A stretch of 63,303 nucleotides of DNA, the filler included, from Octopus bimaculoides (taxonomy: Eukaryota), in NCBI RefSeq assembly GCF_001194135.2. It is 7 parts of 7 records of this genome, joined end to end, with 100 filler letters (N's around TTAATTAATTAA, not from the genome) between each part and the next. Parts side by side here need not be neighbours in the genome. Positions count along the whole stretch, not along the records: positions 46,115 to 57,895 come from NC_068981.1; positions 57,996 to 59,453 come from NW_026341028.1; positions 59,554 to 63,303 come from NC_069005.1; 4 more parts are not named here. One strand, given 5' to 3'. Below, in pieces: positions 50,081 to 63,076 of the stretch. Each line of letters opens with the position of its first letter. Position 1 is the stretch's first letter. The position numbers and the translations under genes were made by a program. Below the pieces are notes generated by a model, which was not told the DNA's origin, searched no databases, and was given only the letters and a program-made list of their open reading frames with translations.

Positions 50081-50219
50081 GGTGCTCATTTGCAGACGAT
50101 GTAGTAGGTAGGGATGTTTTAACAGTTACTTGTCTCCATCATGAGAATATGGTCATGCTGGGGCACAACCTTAAAGAATTTTTTTTTAATCGAATGAATG
50201 GACCTTGATTTTTTTAAAG

Positions 50220-50737
50220 CCTGTTATCTTTTCCATCAGTCTTTTCTGTTGAACTACTAAGTTACTGTGACGTAAACACCCCAGCTTCAGTTGTCAAGTG
50301 ATGGTGGGAGACAAACACTGACACAAAGATACCCCCCCCCCACACACACACACACACACAAGAGTCTTCTTTCAGTTTCCGTCTACCAAATCCATTGACA
50401 AGGCTTCGGTTGGCCCAGCAATATAGTTACAGACATTTGGTTCCATGTTCAGTGAGACTGAACCTGGAACCAGGAGGTGGAGAAGCAAGCTTCTTACCAC
50501 ACAGCCATGCTGAGTATGTATCTATACGTAAATTTATTCCTTCATACTTGATGCCCTGGTTCTTTTAACTTAAAATTTGTATCCAGTTCTATTAAACAGT
50601 AGCTGTGTGGTAAGTAGCTTGCTTATGAACCACATGGTTCTGGCTTCAGTCCCACTGTGTGGCACATTGGGCAAGTGTCTTGGGCCGACCAAAGCCTTGT
50701 GAGTGGATTTGGTAGATGAAAACTGAAAGAAGCCCGT

Positions 50738-50792
<55 letters not shown>

Positions 50793-51520
50793 GTGTGTGT
50801 GTGTGAGTGTGTGTGTGTGTGCGTGTGTGTGTGTGTGTGTGTTTGTGTGTCTGTGTTTGTCCCCCCAACATCGTTTGACAACCAATGGTGGTGTGTTTAC
50901 ATCCCTGTAACTTAGCAGTTTCGAAAAAGAGTTTGATAGAATAAAGACTACGTTTACTCGACTAAAGGCAGTGCTCCAGTATGGCCATAGTGACTAAAAC
51001 AAGTTAAAGAGTAAAAGAATATAACAGTCGAAGAGGGATAGCAGCAGACAGTAAGTAGTGAAGAGGGGCAGGGGTCCCCTAGAGACATACATATCTTTTA
51101 CTTTTATTTCTTTCAGTCATTTGACTGCAGCCATGCTGGAGCACTGTCTTTAGTCGTGCAAATCGACCCCAGGACTTATTCTTTGTAAGCCTAGTACTTA
51201 TTCTGTCAGTCTATTTTGCTGAACCACTAAGTTACAGGGACATAAACACACCAGCATCAGCTGTCAAGCGATGTTGGAGGAACAAATACAGACACACAAA
51301 CATACACACACAAACATACACACGCGCAAACACACACACACACACACATATATATATACACATATATACGACAGGCTTCTTTCAGTTTCCGTCTACCAAA
51401 TCCACTCACAAGGCTTTGGTCAGCCCGAGGCTATAGTAGAAGACACCTGCCCAAGGTGCCGCACAGTGGGACTGAACCTGGAACCATGTGGTTGGTAAGC
51501 AAGCTACTTATCACACAGCC
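50220..51520. mobile_element. Three SINE family A copies in alternating orientation: 50220-50515 (-), 50598-51020 (+), 51095-51520 (-)
   Basis: Both halves recognisable in each copy. Confidence 0.75.
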
Positions 51521-52975
51521 ACGTAGCCATACAGGAGGAGGAGGAAGAGGAAGAATATGCACTGAATTCAGCACAGGTGCAACCAACCTGTTATGATCTG
51601 TCCATAGAATGTTGTTGAGCAGCATTAAATAAAATCTAATCAAACAACCATAACCGAACTTGTCGCCTTTTGCTCCGGAGTTTATCCGATTCTTAACTCA
51701 TGAAGCTAAACATCCATCACAGAATAACTAAATAAATAAATAAATGAATAAATACATTTTTGAAACACGTTTTAGACTCTTCACAATATGATAAAATGCA
51801 ACAGGATAATCTTGTTGGAAAATTGAATTGGCGTATAAGCCACTAGTCATGGCAAACATCTTTAAAATATTATTATTTTACATCTATATTGTTAAAACTA
51901 TTGATTATACAAACACTTTTACAGTCTTATTGATATTGATGCCAATTTTTATTCCAAAATTATATCTAATCTATTTTTTCTTCTTTCTTTTCTTCTGGGA
52001 ATTTTAACGAAATAAATCTATCGTTGCATATTTTTAACCTAATTTTCCTCTCACCTTTTTAAGCCTAATATATTGACGTTTTCTGAATTCACTCTATCTC
52101 AAGATAATTTATATTTCAACTTAGCCCAGAAGACAGACTCTATCATTAAAAATGTTTTCCTGTCAGATAAAACCATAACACTTTTGTTTCCATTTCCTCA
52201 CTTTTACCAAACAATATGAAATGTTGTATAAAATGCTGATTCAGCTCAATGCCCCATTTTAACATCACGGTTGATTAAGTTACTTGCAAGCTCCTATTTG
52301 CTTCTAGAAATCTCCATTATACTTGGGCATATCTCCAGAATTACTGCTCCTTTATATGTTCCTTTTCAATACCCCGATAATGAGAGGAATGAAAACTTCC
52401 TTTGCTATGCCATAAGGTGGTGCTTTCTGATTAGTCAGCAATAATTGTGGCAATGGTAATTTCTTAAACTGAAGTGTGTTATTGCACATTAACAAAATTA
52501 TCTCTGGATATTTCTTTGATCTAATGAATGGTATTGAATTCTTCTCTAAGACATCGAGGAGAAATCTTTGCCATCTACTTCCTGTGACTAATGCAATGCA
52601 AAGTGATTAATCACCTTTAAAGGTTTCCACAGCATGCCAGGATTCCCTTGAAGGAATCGGGGAAAAAGAGAATCCTTGCCATTGAATAACAACAATTTGG
52701 CTTTATAATGAAAATGAAAATGAGCAGCAAACAGGAAATGATTGTTAAAGGGAGACAAGTAGCACAAGGACACAAAGCTTTGCTGCTCGTGTGCAGTTAT
52801 AATAGACATAAAGTTACAACGTCGAAAATGACATCATTTTAACGTGTTTAATTTTTATGCCATTCCAAATTATATTCATTTTACAGGAATTAGCCAAATT
52901 TTGTCATTATGTTTCTGTTTTGACTTTTGTTTTTTTACTTGCGTAAGGAAGGAAATAAAACAAAGTTATTAATAA

Positions 52976-53640
52976 TAATCATCATCATCATCATCATCGT
53001 CATCGTTGTTGTCGTCATCGTCATTGTTTAACGTCCGTTTTCCATGCTGGCATGGGTTGGATGGTCTGACTGGGGTCTGGAAAGCCAGGAGGCTGCACCA
53101 GGCTCCAATCTGATCTGGCAATCTTTCTACAGCTGGATGCCCTTCCTAACACCAACCACTCTGAGAGTGTAGTGGGTGCTTTTTATGTGCCACTGGCACA
53201 GAAGCCAGTCGGGGGTACTGGTACCAGCCATTTGGTTGGTGCTTTTTATGTGCCACCAGCACGGGAGCCAATCAGGGGATACTAGCATCAGCCACGTTCA
53301 GTTGGTGCTTTTTTACGTGCCACCGGCACAGGAACCGGTCAGGCAGACCTGGCATCGACCATGTTTGGATGGTGCTTGTTACATGCCACTGGCATGAGAG
53401 CCAGTCAGGGGGTACTGTCATCGGCCACATTCAGTTGGAGCTTTTTATGTGCCACCAGTATGGGAGCCAGTCAGGGGGCGCTGGCATCAACCATGTCTGG
53501 ATGGTGCTTTTTTACATGCCACTAGCACAGAAGCCAATCAGGAAGTACTGGCAACAACCATGTTTGGATGGTGCTTTTTACATGCCACTGACACAGGAGC
53601 CAGTCAGGGGGCACTGGCCACAGCTATGATATTGTTTTTA
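52976..53640 (-). mobile_element. SINE family D carrying a 7-unit 63-67-bp tandem array
   Basis: Unit starts GG(T/A)GCT at 53175, 53238, 53304, 53371, 53437, 53503, 53570. Confidence 0.85.
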
Positions 53641-54657
53641 CTCGACTCAACAGGTCTTCTAAAGCACCAAAATATGTATTCTTCATTCCAAAGTAAGACC
53701 TTGGAAAAAGTTTCTTCTTGAAATAAATATTAACAGGAAATATCATCAAGGAAAAGAAAATTTAGAAAATGTTGCTCGTATTATGGCCAGTGCATTCTAC
53801 TGCACAATATATGCCTGCAGAGTCTTCTTTGTAAAATAGTCTAGTGGACACTCAGAAGAAACATATCAACTTGTTTCAGTCAATTGACTGCAGCCATACT
53901 GGAGCAGCCAGCCCCTTCATGAATTTTTAGTCAAATGATTCAGTCTTAGTACATGTTTTCTTTTTTTTGTTTATCTAAGCCAAGTGCATATTTTATTGGT
54001 CTCTTTTGCCAAACTGCTAAGTTATAACATCATAAACACATCAATACTGGTTGTCAAGTGATGGTGGCAGACCAGTTGGACACTGGTGTTGATGTAATCA
54101 ACCAGGCAGCATAAATTTGAAACCAATATAAGGAAAAGACATCACCCATGGCCTCCACAGGGTCTTTGAGACTGGTGGATGAGAGAAAGAAGAAACCACG
54201 ACTCATCTGGTGCCATGTATCAGATAAGTCTCCACAGAAATTCCATCAATTCAGTCTCATGCAGTGTCATAGATAGAATGTGTGATACTTAAGGTGGTCC
54301 CTAAAATTGCTTTCCACCCCATAAAGGCCCAAAAGTGTCATTCCCATATTGGCATTACCTGGGGCAGGCTTCCCTATTGAAAAGGATTCTTGCCTTAGGT
54401 GCCTCAAAGCGTGATTGAACCTAGAACCAATTGATTTTTAAGAACTTTAAATAAACTAATCATGTGTAAAATAAATAATTATAGACACAGGCATGGCTGT
54501 GCGATAAGAAGCTTGCTTCCTAACAGCATGGTTCTGGGTTCAGTTCCAATGTGTGCCATTATGGGCAATTGCTTTCTACTATATTCTCAAGCTAACAGTC
54601 CTTGTAAGTTGATTTGCTTGATGGTAAATGAAAGAAGCCTGTCATGTGTGTGTGTAA

Positions 54658-54694
<37 letters not shown>

Positions 54695-55319
54695 AGTGTG
54701 TGTGTGTCTTTGTGTCTGTGTTTGACAGCCAGTGTTGGTGTGTTTACATCCCTGTAACTGAGAGAATAAGCACCAGGCTTAAGCAACAAAAAAAAAAAAT
54801 AATAATAATAAGTCCTGGGGTCAATTCATTCGACTAAAAATCTTTCAAAGCTGTGCCCCAGCATGGCCACAGTCTGATGACAGAAACAAAGACAAAAATA
54901 ATAAAAACATAAAGATAATCAATCGAAAGTTTTTCCATTGCCATGATTCTGAATATTTATAAAACAACTCAGTGGAGCAGAAACTCTGTTTATTTTTCTA
55001 TTCATTAGACTTGACTCAGCAAAAAACAATAAAAAAATTTCAATGTTGATTTTTTAACCAACATCATAACTTCTTTCGTTCACTAATTTGTTTTAGTCAT
55101 CAATATTATGCCCAAGCTAGAGCATCACTTTCAGACTAGTGTTCCTGAGATTTTAAACAAGACTGGTGTGTGGTTAAGAATCTTGTTCCTCAAACATGTG
55201 GCCTTGAGTTCAATCTCACTGTTCAGCACCTTGGGTGAGTGTCTTACATTATAGCCCTAGGCTGACCAAAGACTTGTGAGTGGATTTAGTTGACAGAACC
55301 TGAAAGAAACCCTCTCTCT

Positions 55320-55683
55320 CAGGATGATAATGCACCAATTCACACAGCTAAAGTTGTTATTGAATGGCACAAGGAACATTCTAGTAAAACTGAATATCTT
55401 ATCTGGCCACCACAGTCCCCAGATCTCAATATTATTGAACATTTATGGTGCATTTTAGAAAAACAAGTAAGGAGTTGATATCCTCCACCATCATCACTAC
55501 AAGAACTGGAGATTGTTTTAGCTGAAGAATGGACAAAAATTCCTTTGTAAACAATTCAAACTTTGTATGAGTCCATACCGCATAGAATTCAAGCTGTAAT
55601 TACTGCCAAAAGCAGTCTTACCCTGTATCAAAATAAATTTGTTTGAAATTTTAAGGTGTTTCCATTATTTTGTCCAACCCATG
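55320..55683 (+). mobile_element. Tc1 transposase C-terminal fragment with right TIR
   Basis: QDDNAPIHTA...WPPQSPDLNIIEHLW (DD34E); TIR GTGTTTCCATTATTTTGTCCAACCCATG|TA. Confidence 0.88.
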
Positions 55684-55940
55684 TATATATATATATATAT
55701 TTAAATCCAAAAAAGAACAAACACAAAAAAACAACAACACGAGGATGTGGTACATGTAATGTATTAGCAGACGTTCAGGAAAGGAAAGAAAGTTGGTTTC
55801 ACGTTTTGAGAAGATGCTCTTCTTTGGAAACAGAAACAGAAGAAAGTTTTAATAGAAGGGAAGACGGAGGAAGACAATTGCCAACGGTTCACATGTAGTT
55901 TTTTGAAATGTATGTATATATATTTATATATATATATATT

Positions 55941-56010
<70 letters not shown>

Positions 56011-56104
56011 CGTGCGTGCACACGTGTGTGTGTATGTATGTATGTATGTATGCATATCGCTAGCCACTACACATTCTTTTTTTCTCTCCTTGTTTCTTTC
56101 TGTG

Positions 56105-56146
56105 TTCCTTTCTGTGGAAGAGTGTAGGCTCGAAACGTTAAAGACT
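56105..56146 (+). ncRNA. Degenerate minimal hammerhead-like motif within a repeat
   Basis: CTTT-CTGTGGA-A-GAG-TGTAGG-CTC-GAAA-CGTTA-AAG: helix II GAG/CTC, GAAA, palindromic AACGTT; the core deviates from CUGANGA. Confidence 0.3.
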
Positions 56147-56229
56147 TTTTCACTTCCCGAGCGTAATACTAATACATCTGTGTGTTTCCTACACCACCTG
56201 TCTTCATCTTTTGTTGTTTTGTGAATTCT

Positions 56230-56279
<50 letters not shown>

Positions 56280-57178
56280 GATGTATGTATATATACAGGC
56301 ACATATACATGGTGGCAGAAAAGTCACACACCAGCACTTTGCCGTAACATCATCTTATTTGTTATTTTTCGTAAGTAAATGTGAAAAATGTTTGTGACTG
56401 GGGGGAGATGAATAACCTTTGCACCACCCTGGATATGCATATATATACATACATACATACATACACATGCATGCATGCACACAAACATGCATGCACACAC
56501 ACACATCCACACACACAAACACGCACACGCACACAAACATGCACACACACACATGTGCGAACACACACATGCACACAAACATGCACACACACATACACAC
56601 ACGTGCACACACATGCATACATGCACAAATGTACACAAACCTGCACACACGCATGCACAAAAACATGCACACACATGCACACACACACATACACAAACAC
56701 ACATACTCGCACACACATGCAAGCATACACACACACACACACACACATGTTGTGGAGGCACATAGCTTAGTGGTTGGAGTTTTCGTCTCACAATTCATGT
56801 TTGTAAGGCTGTGAGTTTGTTTCCTGGCCATACATTGTGTCCTTAAGCAAGGACCCTTGGGTATTTCCCATTGCTCCAGTCCACTCAGCTGCCAGAAATG
56901 AGTTGTATCTGTATTTAAAAGGGGACAGCCTTGTTATATTCTGTGTCATGCTAAATCTCCCTGAGAACTACGTTAAGGGTACATGTGTCTGTGGAGTACT
57001 CAACTACTTGCACATTAATTTCATGTGCAGGCATGAAAAACATATCTAGCTATGGTGAAAATGTTAACTCATTTGGGGACAAGTGCGGGTTGACAACAGG
57101 AAAGGGCATCATCCAAACAGAAAATCTGCCTCAACAAATTTCATCTGACCCATGCCAGGAGGGAATATTGGACGTCAA

Positions 57179-57260
57179 ATGATGATGAAGATGATGATGG
57201 TGGTGGTGGTGGTGGTGGTGGTGGTGATGATGATGATGATGATGATGGTGATGGTTATGG

Positions 57261-57290
<30 letters not shown>
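57179..57290. repeat. (GAT)n/(GGT)n tail of a SINE family D copy (57060-57290, +)
   Basis: Direct reading. Confidence 0.85.
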
Positions 57291-57292
<2 letters not shown>

Positions 57293-57895
57293 GCAGCTTT
57301 CCTTAATTTTAACCAAATAGATGGAACTGAGAGATCAGTTACTTAAATGGCAGCTGGTGTCTTTCTAGGTGACTCTAATAATCTCCTGCTAGTTTCGGTT
57401 CTGTAAAAGGTCTTACCATAAATTATTCACAGCTTGTTGGTGAAACTCGGTGCCACACCATGTAATTTAAACACCATAAATCAAGCTTGCTATTTAGATA
57501 ACTGTCTGATTAAGGAACCAATTTAAATATCAGCCAGGTAGTGGCAGCAATTAATCTGCTTCTCACTGACTGAGAATAAATACCAAAACAGCTTTCCTTG
57601 CATTCTGTAAATGTGAATTGTCGTGGAAAATGGTTGGTGATTTGGCATCGGGTTAATAATCAATCAAAGAAAAAAAAAAGAAAAAGAAAAAAAGGGGAAA
57701 ATAGTGTTGCAAAAAAAGGAAATCTTTTATTTCAAATAAAAAGATTGGTGAGTATAGTTTTTTTTTTTTTTTGTTCTCCCCTTAAGTGTAGTTATTATTG
57801 TCAGGGGTTTATAAAAAAATTTTCTTTCTACTCCTCAATGTCATCACAACCACCACCATGCTCATCATCATCCTCCTCATCATCCTCCTCATCAT

Positions 57896-57995
57896 NNNNN
57901 NNNNNNNNNNNNNNNNNNNNNNNNNNNNNNNNNNNNNNNTTAATTAATTAANNNNNNNNNNNNNNNNNNNNNNNNNNNNNNNNNNNNNNNNNNNN
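57896..57995. other. Artificial assembly spacer
   Basis: N44-TTAATTAATTAA-N44. Confidence 0.95.
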
Positions 57996-58219
57996 TATGG
58001 GGAGTGTCTGTATCACCTATATTCTCTGTTAATACGTGTTCGTATGTATTTGTGTTTATTTATTTATTTGTTCATGTGTATTTTTTTGTGTTTAATTAAA
58101 TATTGTTAACGTATGTAGTATTTAATTCCATTTGTTTATCTATGTATTGTATTATACTTTGTTCATATTATTATTGGTTTATAGGTAACATGTTGTCACA
58201 TGCTGTGGTTTGTGGTTTG

Positions 58220-58750
58220 TTAGTGGTGTGTGTTAGTGTTCCATTCTAGTTTCCTATTCAGGCTAGGTTTCTCTTCTATTATGTGTGTAGCTTCAGTAAT
58301 GTGTCTAAGTGCTGCATCACTGCTATGTGTAGATAAGATTTTAGTTTCTATGTTGTTCATTGAGCCTCTATGTTCTTGCTCAGCGTGCTGGTACATAACT
58401 GATGAGTCCTTCCCTTCCTTAAGTTCCCTCCAATGTACGTTTGCCCGCTCCACTATGCTCCTTGCTGTTTCGCCTACATATGTCATTGTCTTATTTCTGC
58501 ATCGTCCCTCTGTACATCTTATACTATAGATCACATTTCTGGTTTTGCAGTTCGTTTGTGGGTTACATCTACATACGATACAGTTCCTATCAGTGCAGGG
58601 GGTTCTACTGAAAGGGTATGTTCTACTGATAAGGGATTTAATAGGGTTGCCTGGCCTTTCAACAACCTTAATTCTTAGCTTAAGTTTGTCTAGGGCCCTT
58701 CTAAAGCAGTACGCCAGATCGCCTCTAGGGGTGGTGTCGACGAACATCAT
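58220..58750 (-). mobile_element. Neptune-like PLE 3' end: open GIY-YIG endonuclease ORF
   Basis: CTDRNCIVC...CKTRNVIYSIRC...TYVGETARS..ER...H...HAEQEH...LNRKLEW with no stop over ~175 aa. Confidence 0.85.
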
Positions 58751-59056
58751 GTTCTGGGAAGTAATAGTAATCATAGCACACCCCATACCCACCCACGCAA
58801 TAAATTTAAGAGAAAAAATAAAAACTCTATCTGGTTAAATATACCTTTCAACTGTGCAATATCCACAAATATTTACAAAAAATTCATGAATATTTTGCAA
58901 AAAAATTTCCCTTCTTCCCACAGATATAGTAAAATCTTCTCTTGTCATACAGTCAGAATTTCTTACTCTACCCTTCCTAATGTAAGTACAATCATTGCTA
59001 GGTTAAACAAAAAAGAACATCAAGTCAGCTAGAATAAAAGTTATAGTAGTGATCAT

Positions 59057-59453
59057 ATGAATACACGTAATAATCTAGCTAATACCAATTATGATGCTAC
59101 TAATAATTATACAAATAGAAGTGAAAATCATAATGGAGAAAGATATTATGAAGATAGTAACAATATACTTAGTCCTACCAATCATAATTTCAACCAACAA
59201 ATAGAATGCATCAGTAATGACGTTGCGGTTTTAACTGAAGTTGATGATAGGCCCAACTCCAATAGAAATAATAGTGATCAAGGACATAGTTCATATAATA
59301 TCAATATACCTAATGTAGAAAGAATAAGTCCAACTGATAGCACATCAAGAGATGAATTAAATAATGATGGTAATAATCAATGTATACCTAATAATAGAAT
59401 TGTAGAATTGATAAATGATATTAGTGTAAATAATTGTAGTAATAATAATAATA
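59057..59453 (+). other. Asn-rich open frame of ~132 codons running into a spacer
   Basis: ATG start and stop-free in very AT-rich DNA, but low complexity; identity unknown. Confidence 0.3.
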
Positions 59454-59553
59454 NNNNNNNNNNNNNNNNNNNNNNNNNNNNNNNNNNNNNNNNNNNNTTA
59501 ATTAATTAANNNNNNNNNNNNNNNNNNNNNNNNNNNNNNNNNNNNNNNNNNNN
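59454..59553. other. Artificial assembly spacer
   Basis: N44-TTAATTAATTAA-N44. Confidence 0.95.
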
Positions 59554-59799
59554 ATATATATATATGTATATAATACAAATAATATGTGAGTATATGCATA
59601 TATACATACAAGTATGTACATACCTACATCTACATGTATATATAGATGCATATCTGGGTACAGGACGTCACAAAAAACGTGGACAAAATGAAAAATAGAA
59701 CATAAACAAAACACAGAAAACAAACTTTTGGGGGGACAACGGTAGGAACACACAGGAAAACAGACAGGCCACACAGAGAACATTTACTTCATCAGCTGC

Positions 59800-61750
59800 C
59801 CCTATTCCAAACTAAGCGTCCTTCCGGCACCACACTGGCTGGCCAAGATTGTGACATATCGTCTCTCCGGGATCCTAAAGATGGATCTGTTGTTGGAGAG
59901 GTACTGCTTGAAGATGTTCCCGGAACATCCGATGTATCTTCGAATACTGTTGTTGCCGATGCTCCTTCTGTTAATGTTGGCGCTGCTACTTCCGCTGTTG
60001 TTGGCGCTGGTGTTGTTGGTGTTGGTATTGGTGTTGGCTCTGGCGTCGTTAATGCTGGTGTAGGGGACATCATCGGCGGCGGTGTTGGTGTTGGCGCTGT
60101 TGTCTCCCTTTTTGATGTCTGTTGGTGTTGCTATAACCATCGCCATTGCTGTTGGAGCTGTTATCGGCGATATAGTAGTGGATGTTGTTGTCGTTGTTAC
60201 TATTATTATCATTATTAGCATTCTCATTAGCGATGGTGCTGCTGCTTTTATCTGCAAGAGTTTCTATCGTTGCTATTAACACTGCCATTTCTTATTTCTT
60301 ATTTATTTACTGCCCACAAGGGGCTAAACATGGAGGGGACAAACAAAGACAGACAAAGGAATTAAGTCGATTACATCGACCCCAGTGCGTAACTGGTACT
60401 TAATTTATCGACCCCGAAAGGATGAAAGGCAAAGTCGAGCCCGGCGGAATTTGAACTCAGAACGTAACGGCAGACGAAATACCGCGAAGCATTTCGCCCG
60501 GCGTGCTAACGTTTCTGCCAGCTCACCGCCTTTAACATTGCCATTTCTGCTACTGTAGTAGTAGCTGGAAAAGCTGCTGCTGTTATTAGGGTCAAATACC
60601 ACCTCAGCCTTGTAAACGACCCCCTTGGTTTCGCAATGGCCTCCAACTGGGCGTCTGCTATTGTCCCAACATGAGCATTCCGCCTCCGCTCATGGCCTTG
60701 GTGTATTAACTAAAATACTCTTAATATTCGGAATGCAACCAAAAGCGACTCTTAGATTGTGTTTGTTGAAAATCCGTCCGTACCTATGTGACCGTGTAAA
60801 GTGCTTATCCACTAGCCTAAGAAGTATCCTACCTACACACGTTTTTACATTGAGGGAGAAGGGAAGAAAATTAAATCATATTTCGGTGGTACTTCTTTCT
60901 GCGGCTGTTAGAGCCAGGCATGAAGGAAATACAATCCCTAAGCCCGCTAGCTGCTAGCCTCGTTATAGTAGGGGGCGGCGACATCGAAAATTTCGTGGTG
61001 AGAGGCAAGGTTCGAGATTCTCTTACTGACACCTTTAACCAGATTTTTTAACACGATGGGTGTGTGGTAGGAGTTTGTGTTTATGTATGCCAGCCTCTCA
61101 TTTGGCCTGCAGTAGGGCCTGTATGTACCAGAGCCCAAGTGTAACATATATGAAGTCCACGGTGGTGAGATTGATCTCGATTGTAATTTTGGAGGAAAGT
61201 GTGCAGCTAAGATCTTTCCTAAGCTTGTCAAGAGATACTAGGGCGTCATCTCTGTAGAGTCCAAAGAGGACAGAGGGTAATTTCTTCTTTAGGATATCCA
61301 GGATGTACAGCCTAATGAGGTCGCATATATCAGCGCTGTCGTAGACCTCCGTCAAAAGAGCCCACGGGGCTGGTTTACTTGATCCAGGTCGAACCTTTAT
61401 TGAACAGTACCGTTTTCCTGGCGTGCATGCTGATATGTACATTCCTTTCGCTAATGTCAGTGAAGCCCCTGGCGAAGAAAACTGCTTTGACCAGTAACTC
61501 TTTCTATATGGACGAGTAAAAATTGACTATGTAGAATTGATATTAAACCATGTAATTACCTCATTTGTGCTACGCCATAAGGAGAGTTTAGTGGCACTCC
61601 TTATGTCATCGATGAAGCAAAGTTCGGCTTATTGTCTCTGACAGTTGGCTGGGTGGATTCCGGATAGCAGTCTAAGGCAAACAATCTCTTGCACTAAACC
61701 CTTCTCCTTTGTCTGTGTATTCAATAACCAGCCACGAGGTCATTCTTCTT
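59800..61750 (-). mobile_element. YRDD-type PLE (RT plus C-terminal GIY-YIG), decayed and interrupted
   Basis: LWRSTNEVITWF, YDSADICDLIRLYIL, GLYRDD, YRPYCRPNERLAYINTNSYHTP, RIFNKHNLRVAFGCIPN, GVVYKAEV...YIGCSGNIFKQ. Confidence 0.85.
60292..60531 (-). mobile_element. Full-length SINE family B with a 16-bp target-site duplication
   Basis: TTAACACTGCCATTTC (60276-60291) and TTAACATTGCCATTTC (60532-60547) flank the element. Confidence 0.9.
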
Positions 61751-62259
61751 CCTTCATTTTGAAGAGAGGTTATAAGCCACTGGCCATTGGGAACTGACAA
61801 GAATCTGACAATATTTAAGAATATAAATATATCTCCTGAGTATATATATATACTACCAAACACTTTTTGTTGAATGCTCTCTCTTAAATTGTTTTAAGCA
61901 TATTCCTCTTCTTATTATCAAAGAATCTATATATGTAGTGTAATACTTAAACAGTTTTTAACATTTTCTTACTATTATCAAAGAAAATATATATGTATTT
62001 TTTATATATGTATTTTAATACTTAAACTGTTTTTAACATTTTTTTATGATTATCAAAGAATGTTTATATGTATTTTAATACTTTTGTGACAACCAGTCCT
62101 TAACACTACAAAGCTTATACAAAGCTTTACATTGTACTTTTAACAATCTTTTTCTACAAAAGTGAAACCGGTCAAGTGAATAAACATCTTTAAAATTGCA
62201 TTTTCAAACCTTCTTTCATATATATTTCCATTCGTGCGGTACCTTACAACTTTAGTTTG

Positions 62260-62302
<43 letters not shown>

Positions 62303-62651
62303 TATATATATACATATATATATATATTTCTTTATTGCCCACAGGGGGCTAAACATATATATCTGTATGTTTGTATGTATGTATGTATGTATGTATCTAA
62401 GTGTGTGTCTGTGTGTGTGTGTGAATTATGTATATATACAATGTAAATATACATGATACACGTACACACACACACACACATGCATATACGCACGCACAAT
62501 AGATACATATGTGTGTGTGTGTGTATGTGTGTGCGTGTGTGTTCCGCGCGCGCGCGCGCGTGTATGTAACTAAGAGTTAGCGAAATATCTAAAATAGTTA
62601 TTCTAATACTTAAAGATAACATTCACGTTCATAGAAACATACTAAACATAC

Positions 62652-62690
<39 letters not shown>

Positions 62691-62795
62691 TTCAAACAAA
62701 TGTTAAGGACCAGGAAAAGGGGTTAGTCACATCCGAAGTCGCATATACGTCTGTGTCTGTAGCTGCAGTATTTTCTATTTTTGTATATTATTAAT

Positions 62796-62925
62796 GGTGG
62801 TGGCGGTAGTGGTGGCGGTGATGGCGGCGGCGGCGGCGGCGGCTCGGTGGAAGTAGTGGTGATGATGGTGATGTTGTTCTTGGTGGTGGTGGTAGTGGTG
62901 GTGTGGCAGCGGTGACGGCGAGGTG
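62796..62925. repeat. (GGT)n/(GGC)n G-rich trinucleotide tract
   Basis: Direct reading. Confidence 0.85.
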
Positions 62926-63076
62926 CTTTTTATTTGATGTTATTTTCCACCCTCCCACCATCACTAATTTCCATACATGGCAATGAAGGATGAGTCAGAA
63001 ACAATAACAAGATGGAGGACTGATTTGTTTCAAATGATGAGTGTTTATATGTATATGTAAATAGTATTTATAGATA

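Noticed and set aside
52360-52600. Minus-strand 76-codon open frame SRWQRFLLDVLEKN...
   Set aside because: No recognisable homology or donor site; length is compatible with chance
53175-53636. CRISPR-like array
   Set aside because: The supposed spacers are homologous to each other, the array lies inside a SINE, no cas genes are present and the host is eukaryotic
59802-60288. Thr/Pro/Asn-rich ORFs as a mucin-like host gene
   Set aside because: They lie between the VVY and YIG motifs of a PLE endonuclease and are repeat expansions
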